This document shows positions 59,580-64,000 of a stretch of DNA of 64,000 nucleotides, piece after piece (the stretch's first letter is position 1; every line of letters starts with the position of its first letter). This DNA comes from a virus (taxonomy: Duplodnaviria; Caudoviricetes). Made by a program: the position numbers and the translations under genes. The notes beneath the pieces are model-generated. The model saw only the letters and a list, made by a program, of their open reading frames with translations. It was not told where the DNA came from and ran no database searches. The DNA lies in IMG/VR virus record IMGVR_UViG_3300032237_000764, positions 1-64,000 of that record. One strand, written 5' to 3'.

Positions 59580-62091
59580 GAAAGATGGGATTATTCATAT
59601 CTGGGACGATAAACTTGGAAAAATTAACATGCCTCTGAGTGCTGCTAATTATGCATTTCGTAAGCGTCCCGGTGGACGTTATCGTAGCATTTATGGTGAT
59701 GAACTAGAAAGAGTTACATTTTTTAATCCTAGAGACCCATCATTGTTTGGTTCAGACATTCCACTTGAAACCAAAATCTTAATTGATTTGTATGAATCCA
59801 GTGATGATGTATCCAAGGGACATCGTATTGGTTGCATCGATATTGAAACAGACAGTGAAGGCGGATTTCCAACTGTCGAAAAAGGTGATAAGGAAATCAC
59901 TGCAATTGCATTGTATGATTATGTAAGCGGCAAGTATATTGCATTTCTACTTGATAAAGATCGCCGGGTAAAAACAGATTTCATTGATGATATTGAAATT
60001 ATTTCAAGTGACAACGAATATAATCTTTTAAGTAAGTTCCTGAATAAGTGGAATGAACTTGGATTTACCATTGTTACAGGATGGAATTGTGATAAATTCG
60101 ATATGCCATATTTGTATAATCGTATTACAAATGTAATGGGCAAAGAGCATTCAAAACGATTGAGTCCAATTGATATTTGTTATATTAACGATTGGAGCAA
60201 GAGATTGGTGATAGCTGGTATCAGTTGTTTGGATTATCTTGAATTGTTCAAGAAATATTCGGACAAGCGCGAGCCTTCATATGCACTTGATCCAATTGGT
60301 CGTAAATTTGTAGGTATTGGTAAGGTGGAATTTGAAGGAAGTCTCGATCATCTGTATAAGACTGATTTGGAAAAGTATATTCGTTACAATATCAATGACG
60401 TAAAAATTGTTGTTGAATTGGATAAACTAAAACAATATATTGAATTGGCTCGTAAAATTTGTCATACTGGACATGTTCCGTATGAGAATTTTGCATGGAG
60501 TAGTCGTTACCTAGAAGGTGCAATATTGACATATCTTCGTCGTAACGGTGGTCTTATTGCTCCAAATAAACCAATGGAGGGAAAAGAAGAATATGAGCAA
60601 CGTTTGGAAGCAAACGAAGAAGGATTTGAAGGTGCATACGTAAAAGATCCAATTCCCGGTCGATATGAATATGTATTTGACTTGGATTTGACCAGTATGT
60701 ATCCAAAAATCATGATTAGTCTCAATATTAGTCCAGAAACTAAGGTTGGTAAGATTGATAATTGGGATGTAGAAGCATATCTATCTGGTACACTTGAAAA
60801 GGTGTTTATCGCTGGAAATCCATATACGATTGATGAATTTCATAAATTGCTGGCTCAACAAAATTTGAGTGTAGCAAGTAACGGTGTACTTTATAAATTG
60901 GATAAGAAAGGTGTCATTCCTTCTATATTGAGTCGGTGGTTTGACGAACGTGTTGAGATGCGTAAATTGGAAAAGAAGTACGCCAAAGAAAATAACAAAG
61001 AAATGTATCAATTTTATAATCAACGTCAATTGGTACAAAAGATCATGTTGAATAGTGCTTATGGTGTACTTGGATTGCCAATTTTTAGATTCTATGATAA
61101 AGACAATGCAGAAGCTGTTACCAAGAGTGGTGTAACTATTATTCAAACGGCAGGTAAAGCAATCAATCAATATTATCAAGATATTCTTAAAGATGATGGA
61201 GATTATGTCATTTATACTGATACAGATAGTTGCTTTGCAAGCGCACTTCCTATCATTCAGCGAACAATGCCAGAAGTTGATATTAACAATGAAGAGTTAA
61301 TGATTAAAACCACATTGAAAATTTGTTCAGAGGTACAAACCTTTGTAAATCAAATTTTTGATGTGATGGCACTACGAGCATTTAATTTGTCACGTCATGA
61401 ATTTGAAGCAAAACAAGAAGTCATTGCCAAGAGTTCATTCTGGCTGGCAAAGAAGCGTTATACACAATTCATTATTAACAAGAACGGCGTTGAGTGTGAT
61501 GAACTGGAAATCAAAGGTATCGACGTAGTTCGTACAAGCTTTCCAATTCGATTCAGAAAATTTATGAATGACTTTTTGATTGACATTCTTAAAAAGACTG
61601 ACATGAAGATCATCAATCAGAAAATTTATGATTTTGAATTGACATTGAACGATGTACCGATCATTGAACTTGCAAAAAACACAAGTATCAAGTTTGTGAG
61701 TATGGATAAAGGTAAAAATTACGATCCAAACAATCGTGTACCATTTAATTTTATATTAGGAACTCCTGCCCAAGTAAAAGCGGGGCTTGCTTACAATGAT
61801 TTGCTTGAGTTTTGGAAACTTGACAATAAATATCCAAAACTTATGCATGGTCAGAAAATCAAGTGGGTGTATCTAATTGAGAATGATTGTGGTATTGATG
61901 CATTGGCTATGAAAGCCGACGGCACTGATCCTAAAGAAATTTTAGATTTTATTGAGAAATACATTGATCGTAAATTGATGTATACAAAAGAACTCAAAAG
62001 CAAATTAGAAGACTTTTACAACGTGTTAAAGTGGAATTATCCAGATCAATACAGTATGAACACAATGAATATTGTATTTGATTGTGAATAA
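59554..62091 (+). CDS. Family B DNA polymerase (gp43-like)
   Basis: DIET, GWNCDKFD, YNIND exonuclease motifs; DLTSMYP, KIMLNSAYG, YTDTDS, KKRY, KG. Confidence 0.95.
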   Translation: MYQNIYINKKDGIIHIWDDKLGKINMPLSAANYAFRKRPGGRYRSIYGDELERVTFFNPRDPSLFGSDIPLETKILIDLYESSDDVSKGHRIGCIDIETDSEGGFPTVEKGDKEITAIALYDYVSGKYIAFLLDKDRRVKTDFIDDIEIISSDNEYNLLSKFLNKWNELGFTIVTGWNCDKFDMPYLYNRITNVMGKEHSKRLSPIDICYINDWSKRLVIAGISCLDYLELFKKYSDKREPSYALDPIGRKFVGIGKVEFEGSLDHLYKTDLEKYIRYNINDVKIVVELDKLKQYIELARKICHTGHVPYENFAWSSRYLEGAILTYLRRNGGLIAPNKPMEGKEEYEQRLEANEEGFEGAYVKDPIPGRYEYVFDLDLTSMYPKIMISLNISPETKVGKIDNWDVEAYLSGTLEKVFIAGNPYTIDEFHKLLAQQNLSVASNGVLYKLDKKGVIPSILSRWFDERVEMRKLEKKYAKENNKEMYQFYNQRQLVQKIMLNSAYGVLGLPIFRFYDKDNAEAVTKSGVTIIQTAGKAINQYYQDILKDDGDYVIYTDTDSCFASALPIIQRTMPEVDINNEELMIKTTLKICSEVQTFVNQIFDVMALRAFNLSRHEFEAKQEVIAKSSFWLAKKRYTQFIINKNGVECDELEIKGIDVVRTSFPIRFRKFMNDFLIDILKKTDMKIINQKIYDFELTLNDVPIIELAKNTSIKFVSMDKGKNYDPNNRVPFNFILGTPAQVKAGLAYNDLLEFWKLDNKYPKLMHGQKIKWVYLIENDCGIDALAMKADGTDPKEILDFIEKYIDRKLMYTKELKSKLEDFYNVLKWNYPDQYSMNTMNIVFDCE

Positions 62092-62109
62092 ATAAACTGG
62101 ACAACCTAC

Positions 62110-62160
62110 AACTGCTCGGTTATAGTGTGACGTAACTTATAACCGAGCAGTTTTTCTTTT
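62110..62160 (+). terminator. Terminator hairpin overlapping a sigma70-like promoter
   Basis: AACTGCTCGGTTATA...TATAACCGAGCAGTT plus T tract; TGGACA-17-TATAGT at 62098-62126. Confidence 0.75.
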
Positions 62161-62931
62161 ATGATTAAATCTACATTAGAATCAATGATTAAGAAGTATT
62201 ATCTTGCAAATTTTATGGAAACTTCAATTTGGAAGGTATTAAATGACAAAAAGCAACTACGAATGGCAGCATGTACTCCAAATTATGTACTGAGTGTAGT
62301 AGTTGAACTGAATAACTTTGAAGAAATTCCAACAACCGAGTTTGCGGTAAATGATACCACCAAGTTATTGAAGATGTTGAATGCATTGGATGCGGACATC
62401 AAATTGTCCGTCAAACAAGACAACAACGGCAAAATTTACAATATTGTAGTAAATTCTGGTAATATTGAGATGGAATATGTAACCGCTGATATTAATGTAT
62501 TGCGAGCAAATGAAGTGGTAAAGACCATCAAGAAGGTTAATGAACCTCCGTTTGAAGTAGAAATCGTGCTTGATAGAGACTTTATTGACACTTATATTGC
62601 TAGTACAACTGCATTGTCCGATAGCGAGAATGTAGTGTTTCAAATGAACAAGGATAATAAACTTGAAATGGTATTCGGTCATATTCAAGGTGCAAACAAG
62701 TCATTAAACACTTCAAAAATCAAATATTTGCCTAAAACCACAAATGATAAAGATACACTTCCATCATCACTTGGTTTTAGTTCTGAATATTTGAAGCAAA
62801 TTTTGGTAGCAAATAAAGATGCTGCCGATACAATTCTCAAATTGGGTGTTACTAAGCCTATGGCAACTATTCAATTTACAAGCGGCGACATTGTTGCAAC
62901 CTATCACGTAACCGGTCTAGCTGTTAAATAA
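62161..62931 (+). CDS. Sliding clamp (gp45/PCNA-like)
   Basis: 256 aa, between polymerase and clamp loader; FSSEYLKQIL...ATYHV clamp-like ending. Confidence 0.7.
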   Translation: MIKSTLESMIKKYYLANFMETSIWKVLNDKKQLRMAACTPNYVLSVVVELNNFEEIPTTEFAVNDTTKLLKMLNALDADIKLSVKQDNNGKIYNIVVNSGNIEMEYVTADINVLRANEVVKTIKKVNEPPFEVEIVLDRDFIDTYIASTTALSDSENVVFQMNKDNKLEMVFGHIQGANKSLNTSKIKYLPKTTNDKDTLPSSLGFSSEYLKQILVANKDAADTILKLGVTKPMATIQFTSGDIVATYHVTGLAVK

Positions 62932-62934
62932 TAT

Positions 62935-63567
62935 ATGACTACACAAGAACATCATACTATCTGGCCCGAGAAATATCGTCCTTCATCTTTGGATGAATAT
63001 GTAAGTAATCCAAATTTGATTGCTACAATTCGTAAATTCATTGATTCAAAAAATATTCCGCATCTATTGTTTTATGGAACTGCGGGAACTGGCAAGACAA
63101 CCTTGGCTAAGTTAATTATTAAGAATGTTGATTGTGATGCAATGTATATCAATGCGTCTGACGAAAATAACGTTGATAATGTTCGTACAAAAATCAAAGA
63201 TTTTGCATCAAATGTCGGTTTTTCTGAATTGAAGATCGTGATTTTGGATGAATGTCTTGATGAAAATACACTTATTTACGTTCTCAGGAATGGAGAAGAA
63301 ATCATGATTTCTATAAAAGAAGCAGACGAAAAAAACGATTTGGTCAAATCATATAACACCCAACACAGTAAAATTGAATGGCGTCCTTTTTATTTATGGG
63401 ATAAAGGAGAGCAAGAATGTCTGAGAATTGAATTGGAAAATGGAGAGGTGGTTGTTTGTACGCATGATCATAAATGGTATGTATACGATGAAAATAATAA
63501 ACCCTTTAAAGTAAAGGCGTCTGAACTGCTCTCTGGAAAATATGATTATATTCTTTCACCAGAATAA
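62935..63567 (+). CDS. Clamp loader large subunit (gp44/RFC), N-terminal part fused to an N-intein
   Basis: WPEKYRP, PHLLFYGTAGTGKTT, INASDE, IVILDE, then intein sequence and TAA. Confidence 0.9.
   Translation: MTTQEHHTIWPEKYRPSSLDEYVSNPNLIATIRKFIDSKNIPHLLFYGTAGTGKTTLAKLIIKNVDCDAMYINASDENNVDNVRTKIKDFASNVGFSELKIVILDECLDENTLIYVLRNGEEIMISIKEADEKNDLVKSYNTQHSKIEWRPFYLWDKGEQECLRIELENGEVVVCTHDHKWYVYDENNKPFKVKASELLSGKYDYILSPE
63253..63567 (+). mobile_element. Intein N-fragment (104 aa), probable split intein
   Basis: Block A CLDENTLI, block B CTHDHKWYV (TxxH); stop before any C-terminal HN motif. Confidence 0.85.
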
Positions 63568-64000
63568 AAATATTTGTAACATTAAAAAATGCTGCAATTA
63601 AAAATAAATTGGGAAGTTATAAAATATATGATAGAAAATCATTTTCTTGTGAGGAAATTGATCAACTATTTAAAAAATATAACACCCTGCCAAAATTTTC
63701 CGACATATTCGATATGAATAATATTCATTCAGATTTAAGAAAATAGAAAAATTCAATTGTCAGAAAAATGGATGATAATTCATGTAATTATTTTTTCTTT
63801 CTGATGGAAGACAATATTCCAAAATGAAAATATTGTAATATAAAATTAAAAATAGATGAATACAAATATAATAGGAAGCCCAGATTTCTTTTGTATTGTA
63901 AACCATGTGTAGAAGAAGGAAATTATAGACGATATAAACATTCTATTGAAAGTATAAAAAAATTTAAAATTTCCAAGAAAAAATGGAATAATACAAAAAA
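63564..64000 (+). pseudogene. Decayed homing-endonuclease-like ORF (runs off the right edge)
   Basis: One reading frame with TAG at 63744 and TGA at 63825; IPK*KYC...YCKPC, KHSIESIKK (NUMOD3-like). Confidence 0.55.

Noticed and set aside
60676-60720. PolB motif A reads SMYPK rather than SLYPS
   Set aside because: Single substitutions at variable positions; not enough to infer altered substrate specificity
1-64000. Stop-codon reassignment (alternative genetic code)
   Set aside because: Core genes are full length in code 11 and end in TAA, TGA or TAG; internal stops are isolated cases
1-64000. CRISPR array, tRNA or rRNA genes
   Set aside because: No repeat-spacer periodicity or cloverleaf recognised; intergenic gaps are short and explained by promoters and terminators

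Overview
AT-rich, gene-dense segment of a large T4-like (jumbo-type) myophage genome in standard genetic code; all product calls come from motifs recognised by eye, not database searches. Left to right: end of a tail-fibre-like gene; tail module (tube, gp26-like chaperone/hub protein with a probable frameshifted extension, tape measure, baseplate); replication and nucleotide module (family A polymerase-like protein, SSB, RecA, 5'-3' exonuclease, DnaB-like helicase, class II ribonucleotide reductase, UV endonuclease, clamp-loader small subunit, dNMP kinase); a ~24 kb glycosylation island (31.2-55.7 kb); then a Cas4-like nuclease, family B polymerase, sliding clamp and clamp loader. Several free-standing homing-endonuclease-like genes are interspersed. 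Best leads: (1) an eight-gene sugar cassette whose family content mirrors the lincosamide GDP-octose pathway (LmbR/N/P/K/O/M/L/Z), with an SDR instead of the aminotransferase; (2) a TTG-TAA-TTG stop-hop-like site at the foot of a 44-nt hairpin inside a glycosyltransferase; (3) an apparent naturally split intein in the clamp loader, followed by a decayed endonuclease; (4) a probable +1/-2 tail-chaperone frameshift. No tRNA, rRNA or CRISPR array was recognised.
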